The notes under the pieces: model-generated
Seen by the model: the letters and a program-made list of their open reading frames with translations, nothing else
Databases searched by the model: none
Told to the model about the DNA's origin: nothing
Program-made: the position numbers and the translations under genes
In this document: in pieces, positions 37,847 to 49,664 of the stretch
Layout: each line of letters starts with the position of its first letter
Numbering within the stretch: position 1 is the first letter of the stretch
Assembly (NCBI RefSeq): GCF_018977255.1
Contig: NW_024704742.1
Location: 123,816,001 to 123,880,000, forward strand
From: Callorhinchus milii
Taxonomy: Eukaryota
DNA length: 64,000 bases
Direction of reading: 5' to 3'

Positions 37847-37869
37847 TGATCAGCTAACTACACTGACCA
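37847..37869 (+). promoter_or_regulatory. Extensively complementary miR-34b/c and miR-449 binding site in the MCIDAS 3' UTR
   Basis: ATCAGCTAACTACACTG (37849-37865) is the exact reverse complement of nt 4-20 of miR-34c-5p (AGGCAGUGUAGUUAGCUGAUUGC), followed by a 1-nt bulge and CC-A. Confidence 0.75.
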
Positions 37870-37936
37870 GTGGGATCTAATTGATTTAACATTATTAATT
37901 GCTGCACATCAGCAAGCTCTCTATGCAACTATTTTG

Positions 37937-37944
37937 CACTGCCA
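37937..37944 (+). promoter_or_regulatory. Canonical miR-34/449 8mer seed site in the MCIDAS 3' UTR
   Basis: CACTGCCA, complementary to seed GGCAGUG plus a t1 A. Confidence 0.65.
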
Positions 37945-38751
37945 GCACTTAAAAATGACTAAATTATCCCCAAGTAGAGTTTATGTTCAGTTTCAAATAA
38001 TATTACAATGTTTTGGGATGTATTGTAAAAATATAATGTAACAAATATACATTTTAAGTTTTTTTTTATACAGGAAGTCTTGAAGTCATTTGCGATTTAA
38101 AATATACTGTATTGATATGTTTGAAGATCTTATAAACAAAGTAAATTATTGGCTATATATATTTGTCTTGTCAATTCTGTGGCTTAATTTTGTTAGGATA
38201 GTGATAATGTAAGGGGTGTATTGTAGTTTGTGTCAGTGTATGTAACAAAGAAGAAATACAAATCACAGCACATCTTGTTATGGTGGAAGTACTTGTTATT
38301 CATTATTGCTCTGCATGTCCATACACATAGGAGTGATGTGGTTCAAATACTGCTTGATCTGTTACCTTAAAATGGGGCAAAGAATAGTTTTAGGTTCAGA
38401 ATAATGATGACCGAGCTATTCAACTCTGTTACAACCTCGACACAATTTGTAAGATTAGGAATAGTGAAAAATAAGTGCTTTGAGATGTGTCACTTTACAG
38501 CATATTTATAGTATATCCTGTGAAGTGATTTGAGACATCGCAACAACATGATAAGGTGTCATATCAAATGCAAGGATTATTATTATTTTTGCATTGCCTG
38601 TAAGAATATACAGCACAATGAAATCTACAGCAACAACACAATTGCATTTGTATAGCGCCTTTCACACCGGGAGGACTTCCCAAGGCGCTGGAAGTGTTGC
38701 AAATGAAGATTATTGCAGCCAGTAACCGTAAATACAATACAAAATATCACA

Positions 38752-39650
38752 CAAAGTTACATTTGTAAAGCGCCTTTCAGGGAGGGAGGACATCCCGAGG
38801 TGCTGAACAGTTAAGGATTAGGTATTAGGAAGCGTGTAGGGAAAAGAGGATAGGTGAGTGGCTGAAGGCATGGACGAAGAGGAGGGTCTTGAGGCTTGCC
38901 CTGAAGGAGGCAAGGGAGAGAACGAGACAAAGACAATATGGGGTGGAGTTCCAGAGGGTGGGGGCAGTGAGGCTAAAGGCCCGACTGCAGATGGTGTGCC
39001 GGGCAGGAGAACATGGGCCAGGCTGGAGCCTGCTGACTGGAGGGAGTGGACAGGTTGCTAAGGAGTTAGCAGGTCAGAGATGGGGAGACAAAGTGGAGCT
39101 GGTATGAGAACCAGTAGAGGACAGATCCTTGAAGGTTGAAGTGGAAGGAGATGTGATGGAGGAGGATAGAGTGGTCCACAGTGTCGAAGACAACAGAGAG
39201 GTCAAGGAGGATGAGGAGACAGAGGGAACCCTCGTCACAGATGGACAGAATGTCATTTGTCACCTTGATCCGGCTGTTTCCTTGCTGTGGGCAACACGGA
39301 AACCCGATTGGGTGGGGGGGGGGGGAGTTGTGAAGGAAATGGCAGGAGAGGAAGATGTGAAGCTGGGAAACAACTCTTTCAAGGAGCTTGGAAAGGAAAG
39401 GGAGGTTGGAGATAGGGTTGTAGTTTGTCAGCAGGGATGGGTTCAGGGAAGGTTTTTTTATGATAGGGGTGATGACAGCTGTTTTTAAGGGAGGTTGGGG
39501 GGAACGGTGCCAGTTGACAAGGAGAGGTTGATGAGGTCTGAGAGTAAAGGGGCGGGAGGTGGAGCTGCGAGTTAAGGAGAGGTGTAGGGCTGGGATCGAG
39601 GGAGCAGGTAGTGGGCTTCAAATGTTGAATGAAGTACATAGATGGATTGA
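38752..39650 (-). mobile_element. Internally deleted L2 LINE
   Basis: TNDIL...LLILLDLSVVFDTVDHSILL RT motif and TTCSLDPSPTPLL upstream motif joined to a 3' UTR. Confidence 0.85.
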
Positions 39651-40206
39651 GGGACATTTCACAATGGTCTTCTGACTCTTCTCCCGATGACTGAAATTCT
39701 GGAAAAGACCCTGGGCTTCAAAAATCTTGTGTCTGTTGGCTAGGAGTTACCTCTACCATTGTTACCTTGAAAAACTGTTATTATGTTAAACATTTTGTGA
39801 TTTAGTTCAAAAGACCATAGGAAGTGGCCATGAACTGCAGTTCATCTCAGAATTAATAAGAGGAACATGCTTCAAAAATCTTTATTAGAAATAGAAGAAT
39901 TTGGGCCTCAGATATCTCTTGTTTTAAATTTAAAAATTATACGGCCTTTTAGAAGTCTTTCATTCAGTCTGAAAGTTGGCTTACTGCAATTGTTTTTCGG
40001 TGCTTCGGTAAAATCATTCTCCACATAAAAATCAAATTTAAGTGTGTTTTCCAAACTTCTGCACAACCATAAATTTTAAGGCAATGGTGTCACTTCATCA
40101 AAGAACATGAGAAATTTGGGGTAACCTGTTTGAAAGAAAAGAACATAAGAATAAATTACATGGAGACACCTGTTGTACTGTATTTCTTTTTGGTTAGCCA
40201 GGTATC

Positions 40207-40610
40207 CAATAACAACAATAACAGCAAATTGCATTGAAATAGTGCCTTTCACAATAGGAGTCGCAAGGCGCTGGACAGTGAAGGCTTTGCACTCAACCCA
40301 GGGTTGGAATCAAGATGAGTAGAGAGCAAAGGGGGAGGGATGAGTGTGGGAAGATGACCAAAAGCGTGGTCAAAGAGGAAGGTATTGAGATGGACCTTGA
40401 AGGTGGTTAAGGGAAGGGGTGAGTCATAGGGACTCTGGGATGGAGTTCCAGAGAATGGAGGCAGATAGGCTGAAAGCCCAACTGCCAATAGTGGAACGGG
40501 TGACATGAAGCAGATTGGTGCGTGTTGACTGGAGGAAGTGGATGGGTTTTTAAGGTTTGAGAAGGTAACAGAGGAAGGGTGGGGCAAGACCATGGAGGGA
40601 TTTAAATGTG
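40207..40610 (-). mobile_element. L2 LINE 3' end
   Basis: FKVHLNTFLFDHAF C-terminal motif and tail. Confidence 0.8.
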
Positions 40611-41259
40611 CATCGTTCAAAAGCACTGTGGTATGAACACTTCTTGCTGATGCCTTGCAATGTGCTTCTCATCCAATACAATTTCAAGCAACAGATTGTA
40701 CTGTATGTGGTTGGTAACAATGTTTGCCGTTCCTGTAGAGTGCTTTGGGTAAATTAATATTTGAGTGCCACATTAGGTAAACCATTCTGTAAACAATTGT
40801 GTTTGTGTTTGCATGTGGAGCATTGCCAAATACAGTGTGTGTATGATGATGATGAATAATTGACAGCAGAGGTATGTGTAAGTCACGTAAAGTCCAGATT
40901 CGTTTGTAAACATTTGCTTACCCTTTATTTGCCTTCAAAACATTTTTTATTCTCAACAAGAGAACCTACATTTACCCACACTGTACAAGAAATAGACAAT
41001 AGTTTGCTTTGGCTCAGTCATTTGACATCTATTAAGAACTCCCTAGCACTCCTCTGGAGAGCACTACACCTGTTTAAACAGCTACTGCTAATAGCTAATT
41101 ATATTATTTAATGTGTTATTTGTTGCAAAGAACCTATTCATACTTTCATTGAATGTCACATTTTTTGTAAGAAAGATATTGGAGGAGTTGGTGTACATTG
41201 AGACTGCAATAATGGCTATGTACAGCTGCTGCTGCTATACCAAAGAATAGTTGGACATT

Positions 41260-41584
41260 ATAATAATAATATAATAATAATAATCCTTGCATTTGATATA
41301 GCGCTTTTCACGTCTTCTTGACGTCTCAAAGCGCTTCACAGAATAGACTGTAAAGTGAATTGCCCGTATATTTGTGGGCGAAACGCGGCAGCCAATTGCG
41401 CACAGCAATGTCTCACAAACAGTCGTGGATTGAAAATGACCAATTTATTATTGTTTTGTTTTGGAGATATTATTATTAGGCGTGTGGAGTAAGGAAACTT
41501 GCCCAAGGTTTCACCCTGCCTGGAATTGAACCCAGGTGACTCGCTTGCAAGGTGAGTGCTCTAACCACTGAGCGACAGGACTCC
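41260..41584 (-). mobile_element. Full-length tRNA(Ala)-derived Deu-SINE
   Basis: Head, Deu core and (ATT)n tail present in reverse complement. Confidence 0.9.
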
Positions 41585-42487
41585 GTTCAGTGGTAAATGT
41601 TGATATATATAAAAATCAGAGATTCAAGACAATCCCCACTTTTTTCATTTACATGTATTTATTAAAATATATTGATGCATATTAACATTTTCAGATTTTA
41701 TTTTAATTTTCTTGCACAAGGAATGGAATATTTCTGGCGAGTTGTTTATTGTAGATTATGTGCCAGAGCTGAGTCTATCAGATGAACTACAACAAGGAAG
41801 GACATCTCATGGATTTGATGCTACCTCCACTTGGCTGGCTCCAGTCTCCTCTTTGTCTCTCGTGCCTTCCGTTCCACCATCGGTGGCCGTTCCTTCAGCC
41901 TCCACACCTCAAAACTCTGGAACTCTCTCTGTCAATCTCTTCCCCTTGCTCCGCACTCCCTACCTTCAAATCCTGCCTAATTGTGCTTTCTGATTGTGCT
42001 TACAGTCACCAGCCTCTCCCCCTGGCTCGGTGTCAGACTCCACCACTGTCAAGCGCTCTGGAGCGCTACCCTGAGTGATAGGTGCTATATAAGTACAAAT
42101 TGTTGTTGTTGTTTTGCTAGGAGGACAGAAGGAGGGATTGTGAAAGGGGAAGAGGACAACAGACAAGTGTTTTCCACAACCTGACCCCTGTTCCAGGAAT
42201 TCTTGTTCAACAAGTATTGGTTCACTCTACTTGAAGTATCATCTGCTCTTTATTGTCTCTTCTCATCTCTGTTGAGGTGATGCCCTACGTAGAGGGAGGT
42301 AAACTTGTAACTTCCAGTTGGTGACAACTCTGCATCCCACAGCATCTCCTCTACTAACTTGAGCAGAGCTCATTGCATGAACACTTCCTTCCAGAGCTCC
42401 GCTATTCAAATGTTAGTGAAGATCTGGCAGAATTAATGAACCCTTTCAATAGTTATAAAATTTAGCCTATCGAATTATTTTTTTCTA

Positions 42488-42900
42488 ATTTTTCTCCCCA
42501 CTGGATTATGCCTATCTATTCTTAGTCTGACCTCCTTTGCTGGCATGTGATTCTATGGGCACCTGATGCCCTCTACGGATCTTACAAGAGGGGTATAGGA
42601 GGGGAGGAAGCTTGTGGAATACCTGATCCCATTGTGTTGTGTTCAGTATAATTCAATATATCATGCCCAATGGCCATTGTTCATGTTTGAGCTTTGGCAA
42701 TGAGTGTCAACAGGTCACTCAACTGGAGAGGGCAGTACAGCCAAGCTTGACCTGTCCCCAGCTGGGAGCCACACATGCAACCTGTAGACAGTGCTAAAGA
42801 GGAACCAGAAGCAGGACCCCTGACTGGTTTTCCCCTCTCTAATCTTGGGAAGCCTGGGACCAATTCAGACCCAACATGCAAATATTGCATTCAAGCAGTA
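42488..42900 (-). mobile_element. Ancient AmnSINE2-like SINE, degenerate
   Basis: tggccatt-ttcatgt-tgagc...gagtgtc..cagg...gagggca..acagcc...ctgactggttttcccctc resembles the reverse complement of the recalled consensus. Confidence 0.5.
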
Positions 42901-45129
42901 CGAACTACAGCATATAATATAACTGTCTCACTAACTGCCATGGATACTCACCCATCATCTGCACTAAACGCCATACTCCCAGTTCTATGCAGGCTCCACT
43001 ATCTATACTATACTGACTTCCTATCACCAAGCGGATCGATTTCAAGATCCTCACACTCGTCTTCAAATCCTTTCATGCCCTGGCACCTCCCTACCTCTCC
43101 AACTTTTTACTCCCCAATCCACTACCCGCTTCCTCTGCTCGACTGGCTCTGGCCTCCTACATGTCCTCGTGCCTTCCATTCCTTTGCTTTCAGCCATTAT
43201 GCCCCAAAACTCTGGACACTTTTCCTCTGTCCCTTCACCTTGCCCCCTCCTTCCCCATCTTCGAGTTGCGCCTGAAGACCTTTCTCTTCCACTGTGCCTA
43301 CAGCCACCCCCGCCCAGCTTGAAGTCGTGCTCCACCACTGTAAAGCGCTCTGGGATGCTACCCTGCGTAAGGGGTGCTATATAAATACAAGTTGTTTTTT
43401 TTGGATGTTGCTCTACAATAAACACACCATATATTCTTCATGACATGTCAAATGGCTGTGAGGGATATTGTGAACACAGCCTCCAGTAATGATGTAAACC
43501 TTGATTTGCATCAAGCTGATTTTTAAATGAGTCCAGTGTCATGGCCTCAACCACACTTCCTGGTAATCTGTTCCAGTTGTTAATTAACCTCTGGGTAAAG
43601 AATTACTTCCCGGTGTCTGTTCTGAAATTGCCTTTTGCAACTCATTGTCTTATGATTTAAACAGTGTTTCTTTTGGTTAGAACAAAGAAGAGCAGTAAGA
43701 ATGACAGAGCACAGTGAGGATGTTTAGAATTACTTTGGAATCAGTGAAGAAGCAGACGGATGGAAGACACAGGGACTCTTTTAGCAAAGGGAAGCTAAGG
43801 TCAATACAGACCTGCAAATAAACTGTGTAAACTTTTGCACCAAAGTGATATGGGCCAAAAGAGATGTTCCCATTGGGAAAAAGACTTTGGTAACAGTATA
43901 CCGGAACAGCAGGTCCACTTAAATGCAAAGAATAGATTAATAACTGATTCAGGGAGTCAGTTAAATAACCATGCAATCATTGGATTAGGAATGAAGGAGG
44001 TAATAGAGTAAGATTACCAAATTACATTATTCATGCGGAATGCATGAACAGAATCTTGACACGTGCAGAATTATTGGGATCTAATATGGTCTGTTATGAG
44101 AGACACACTTGAGTCAGGATAAGGATTTTTGGGTTAAGATATGTGGCGTTTCTTAACCATTTTCTTGTGTTAATTAACACAAAGAATGTGGTAGGATATT
44201 GCAAACTGTATGTGAGACTCTCAGCCTGGTTTGGGTACTCTTGTTGGTTTCAGCACCCGGTGAACCAAACAAAAAGGGGGCAGCCTAGTTATTTTACTGT
44301 GTTTATTTTTCGACCATTTGCTTCCAGTGTGAAAATCTACTGATAGCTCATAAACTAAAAGAAAATTGGTCACTCAATCCACAACTGCTTTTGGGACACT
44401 GCTGTGTGCAATTGGCTGCCGTGTTTCGCCCACAAAATACACAGTCAATCCTCTTTACAGTATATTCTGTGAAGCATTTTGAGATGTCTCAATGACATGG
44501 TAAGGATCTATATCAAATGCAAGGATTTTATTTTTAGTTATTATTATTATTGAACAATTGATATTTATTTAGTGGTAAGAAGTTCTATGTGTCACACAAC
44601 AAATGCTTCACACAAAGCAAATAATTCTGCCCAAGATTCTACCTCTGGCAGAATGATGATAGTTATATTTATCTGTTTAATTTATTCCAATTTTAATGGT
44701 AATTTTACAAGGTCCACACAAGTTTAGAGATTAACTCAAAATGATTTTGAAGCCTCTTGCTTGAGTTATTTTTTAAGCTGATTAATTGAAAATTACTCAA
44801 GTAAAAACAAATGAAAGGTGTGTTTGTTTAAGAAACATATTTCTGGAATGGCAATTTTACAATGGCAAATAAGATTTGTATATAAATATAGGATGCATGA
44901 CAGGGAATAGTGATTTATTGGGATATAAACCATTGCAGGGCTGAAACATCTCCCACATGTTTGTGCCACACACGAACAATAGATATATTATTCTGGTGAG
45001 TGAACATTGGGTAAATCAATGTCACTAATTAGCTATCCACTGTTTCCCATGTGTATGCTTAAAGGGATACTGTCTCAAAGATACTTGGAAAAACCTTTTC
45101 TATATGTTCTATGTATGCAATACAATGCC

Positions 45130-45500
45130 AATTTACAATTATATAGGGCCTTTCATGTCGGGAGGCGGTCCCAAGGCGCTGGACAGTCCAAAATTCGCAC
45201 CCGAGCCATGTGTGGGGGCTGGAGGGGTATAGGGCGAGGGGGCGAGGAGGGAAAGATGGCTAAAAGTATGGTCAAAGAGGAAGGTCTTTAGGTGGACCTT
45301 GAAGGTGGTGAGGGTAAGGGATAGTTCTTGGGAGTTTGGGATGGAGTTCCAGAGAATGGGGCAGATATGCTGATAGGCTGACCGCTGATGGTGGGGCAGG
45401 GGACTTAAGCAAGCCATTTCTCACTGAATGGAGTGGGTGACGTTGGTAGGATTTGAGGAGATCGCAGAGGTAGGGTGGGGCAAAGCCATAGAGGGATTTA
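45130..45500 (-). mobile_element. L2 LINE 3' end
   Basis: LWNSIP...FKVHLKTFLFDHTF motif. Confidence 0.8.
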
Positions 45501-45635
45501 GGTTAGAACACCATTTGCCTCACAATGCATTATAGGATCAGTTGTATGTTGAAACCATGGTGAAATTAACACAGAACTTGAAAGATCCCTTCTGTGTACC
45601 TGCAGGATTTGTTATGTATGATTCATTTTACTCGT

Positions 45636-45974
45636 GGAGTCCTGTAGCTCAGTGGTTAGAGCACTCGCTTTGCAAGCGAGAGACCTGAGTTCAATTCCAC
45701 GCAGGTCAGGGCGAAACCTTGGGCAAGTTTCCTTACTCCACATGCCTAATAATAATCCCTCCAAAACCAAAAACAATAATAAATTGGTCATTTTCAATCT
45801 ATGCCTGTTTGTGGGACATTGCTGTGCGCAATTGGCTGCCGCGTTCGCCCACAAATATACAGTCAATTCATTTTACAGTGTGTTCTGTGAAGCGCTTTGG
45901 GATGTCCTCCCGACGTGAAAAGCGCCATATCAAATGCAAGGATTATTATTATAATTATTATTATTATTATTATT
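45636..45974 (+). mobile_element. Full-length tRNA(Ala)-derived Deu-SINE
   Basis: A-box TAGCTCAGTGG, anticodon arm CTCGC-TTTGCAA-GCGAG, B-box GAGTTCAATTCC, Deu core TGCTGTGCGCAATTGGCTGCC, LINE-like tail AGCGCCATATCAAATGCAAGG(ATT)n. Many more partial copies occur (e.g. about 8190, 20850, 22965, 26200, 27115, 30760, 35830, 44365, 46295, 60750, 61270). Confidence 0.92.
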
Positions 45975-47828
45975 TTCACAAGTTTGGCCCATGAGCATAA
46001 AAAAGCTTTGAGACATTTATTATGGAAAAAACAAACATCATAATCAGTGGGCTACTCAAACATTTTTGGATGGGGGGGATCAGTCGGGTATGTGGAAACC
46101 TGCAGAAACCCATCACCATGTTTAAGGGTATCCAAGCATACATTGGTTATCGTGCATTTCTGGGGATTCTGCACCCTTGCCTATTACACATATCTTCTAT
46201 GGAAGAAAGTAGCACAGGAATCACAACATAATTAGGTTGACTTACACAGAGTCAAGTTAGAAGGCAGAAACAGGCCATTCATCTTAATGTTTAGAGCACT
46301 TGCTTCGCAAACAAGAGGACCTTGGTTTGGTTCCTGGCAGGGCGAAACATTGGGCAAGTTTCCTTACTCCACAAGCTACTGTTTACCTAGCAGTAAGTAG
46401 GAATCTGGTTGTTAGTCGATTGCGGATTGCTTTTCCGGGGGGAATTATCCCTTCAAAAAAAGTAATAATAATTTGGTCACTCATCCCACAACTGTTTGTG
46501 GGACACTGCTGTGTGCAATTGGCTGCTATGTTTCTCCCACAAAACATACAGTCAATTCACTATACAGTATATTCTGTAAAACACTTTGAGATGTCTCGAA
46601 GAAGTGATAAGGCGCTATATCAAATGCAAGGATTATTATTATTCGGCCCAACTAGTCTGTGCCTATATTTATGAGCCACATGCCTCCTAATTCCCGCTTT
46701 CCCTTCCCCCCTCAAATATGTAAAAAGAGGGGAATAGGAGGATTGGGAGTTCTTGTGGAATTTACTTATTGTAATTTGAACAATATTTTCCCAAACTTTG
46801 ATGGGTCACCTGCTGGATTTTCAGAACAGTTCAAAGAAATCTGATTGGACAACAAATCAAAATTCATATATTTAAATGCATCCAATAGTGAACAATATCA
46901 AAATACAGCATACGTATTACGGTAGCTTGAAAATAACTGACAAACTTACTGAAAGCATAGAAAGCTGTTTAAATAAAGCAGTTAAAATGAGATGTTAGTC
47001 CTGGATTCTTTTCTTGTAGCACAGATCGAGGCAAGATTAACCTGTTTACTCTTCTGCAGACCCACCATGAACTGTTACACTATTTTCAGTCAACAATTCC
47101 AATATATTTCACACAATGCTATGAATGCAGTCGAATGCAACAACAATAGCGTTGCAATTAATCAAAATTCTTTAAGTGCTACCTTCAGTAGAAAAGAAGT
47201 TAATGAACGGAAAAACTTCATTTGGAATGGAATTATTTGTTCAGCGCATTAATTAAACAATTTATGGAATATCTTTGAAACTGTTTCATAGACTTGAAAA
47301 CTTTGGGTGATAAGTACATTTAGAGCTTGATTTTCTAAATTTTCATCTTCTTTCTACAATTCCTGGACTAAATTCCTAAATGTAACTTACTTCAAGAAGG
47401 ATCGTTTCCTCTGAGTGTCAGCTGTAAGGATCCCACCCGATTTAGTCCTCAGCAACCTCAGCTAGGTTCCCTAGATGTACAAGCACCAAAGCCTTTCATT
47501 CTGGCATAAGCTAATGCTAAATGACTTATCCTATCCAAGAATTGCTGATACAGGAAGTGGAAACTTTTATGCTGGTACTTGGAGTCCTATCTTCTGTTCT
47601 TCAGCTGAAAAGTAATAACTTGCATTTGGACCTTCCACATCGGGAGGACGTTTTAAAGCATTTCACAAGATATATTGTAAAGTATAATGACTGTGTATTG
47701 TGTAGGCAAATGCAGCAGCTGATTTGTTCACAGCAATGTGCCATAAACAACCATGAAACAGATGATTAATTTTATTTTGGGAATTCGTGGCTAACTCCCT
47801 TCTTTTTTCGATTAGGGCCATGGACTCA

Positions 47829-48478
47829 TACAACAACAACAAAATTATATTTGTAAAGCGCCTTTCACATTGAGAGGCTATCCCAAGTTGCTGGAGAGAC
47901 AAAATTACGGACCTGAGCTGGAGGTAGGGTTGGGGGAGGGTGGAGGGCAGTGGGGGGAAGCAGGGAGATTGAAAGCACGTTCGAAGAGGAGGGTCTTGAG
48001 ATGGGTCTTGAAGGTGGCGAGGGAGGGGGCGAGATGGAGGAACTGCGGGATGGAGTTCCAGAGGGTGGGGGCAGAGTGGCACCAATAGTTGGGTGAGCAA
48101 GGCGGGGGATGTGAAACAGAGCAGAGCCCACTGAACGGAGGGAGCAAACAGGATGGTAGGGGGTTAGGAGGTCGTAGAGGTAGGGGGAAGCAAGACCATG
48201 GAGGGCTTTGAAGGTGAGGACCAGGATCTTGAACTGTATCCTCTGTGTGATGGGAAGCCAGTGGAGTTGGGTAAGGATGGGGGTGCCTGGTACGGGAGTG
48301 GACACGGGCCGCAGAGTTCTGGATGATCTGCAGCCTATGGAGGGAGGAGTTGGGGAGGCCGACAAGCAGTGAGTTAGTATAGTTGAGCCTTGATGTAATG
48401 AAAGCGTGTATGAGGGTTTCGGTGGCCTGATGCGTGAGACAGCAAGAGGGAGCATATAGATATTGAAGAGGAGGGGAG
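47829..48478 (-). mobile_element. L2 LINE 3' fragment
   Basis: ETLIHAFITSRLNYTNSLLVGLP...LHWLPITQRIQFKILVLTFKALHGLA motifs. Confidence 0.9.
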
Positions 48479-49664
48479 ACCACTTGCATTTATATATGCC
48501 CTTCACGTGGAGTAGTGTCCTGAAGCAGTTAACAGTGGCAGAGTGTCACGCCGAGTTGGGGGGAGGGAGGAGGTGACCACGAGTCAAGATCTAAAAGAAG
48601 GGAAGGAAGCAGCAAGGCGGAGAGATTGGGGGAACAAGTTCCAAAGCTTCAGGACATAGTGGCTGAATACACAACTGCCGATGGTGGAGCGAAGGGAGTT
48701 CTTGGTACCTACCTTGGAGCCAACTGAACTCTCAGGAGTCAGTTCAGCTCCAACTGGATAACCTTAACTCACCCTCTGTGGCAGTCTTGGAAGTCCATTT
48801 CCTGAGCCAGTGGGGTCTGCAGAACTCCAAGGGACTGCTGATGACAACACCGCTGGCTCATCGGTAGGACTTGGAAGGGCAGAACAGTCACTATTGGCAG
48901 GGACTCTTTCAACTCAGCTCTGATTAACCCTGAAAGTGAAAGCACTACCCATTAGGACAAGCAGTGGGAAAGCTTGCCAGATAGTGATATAAATGGTAAA
49001 CTATGTGGTTGTAATTGGTTAGACACCAGCAGTACACCAACGCACATTCTGGAGTCCCCAAATCTTGGCTTCTGCCAACCTGGCCTAATACTTTCCAGAA
49101 TTAGGTAAGCAGGATGCATCCCACCAGGAAAAGAGTACACACATTCCTCTCCAACAATCTATCTCTGGGATTTCCATGTGTAGGTGGGATGCATGAAATT
49201 CTCAGTTTGGTTTGGATACTCTAAAGCACGGTGATGGGTTTCTGCATGTGTCGGCTCTCGGCTGACCAAAAATAAGTGTAAACATGATAGGTAAATGACC
49301 AATTTAGGTATTTTTCATCCCCAATTGGACTTAAATAACAGTTCAGGAGCTCTCCAACTGTGCTTGAGTAAGAAAGCACTCGTATGTTTATAATAACAGT
49401 TATATGAATGGACTTAATGCTGTGCAATCAAAGCTCATGGACTTTCTATAGCTTTTGCTAGAAAGAAAAGAACTGTAATCTATGTTGATATGAATAGAAT
49501 AATATTGTGTTTTCACCTTCAAATTAATAACACCAGCATTGATAATAAAATCATACAAAGCTTACAGAGTGCAATTAATGCTCCCTACTTCCTGATTCCA
49601 ACCGAATAACATGGTAGTAGTCTACTGACTGAATAACACATATGTATTTTACATTGGATGCTGT

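Noticed and set aside
45636..45710. tRNA-Ala(TGC) gene (also 53418, 41584, 18625, 6068)
   Set aside because: No proper acceptor stem and, except for the truncated copy at 6068, it continues into a SINE body; these are SINE heads.
48833..48892. Hammerhead-like CTGATGA with a possible stem I (GACTG/CAGTC)
   Set aside because: Core reads GAAG rather than GAAA, and there is no stem III or UH cleavage site.
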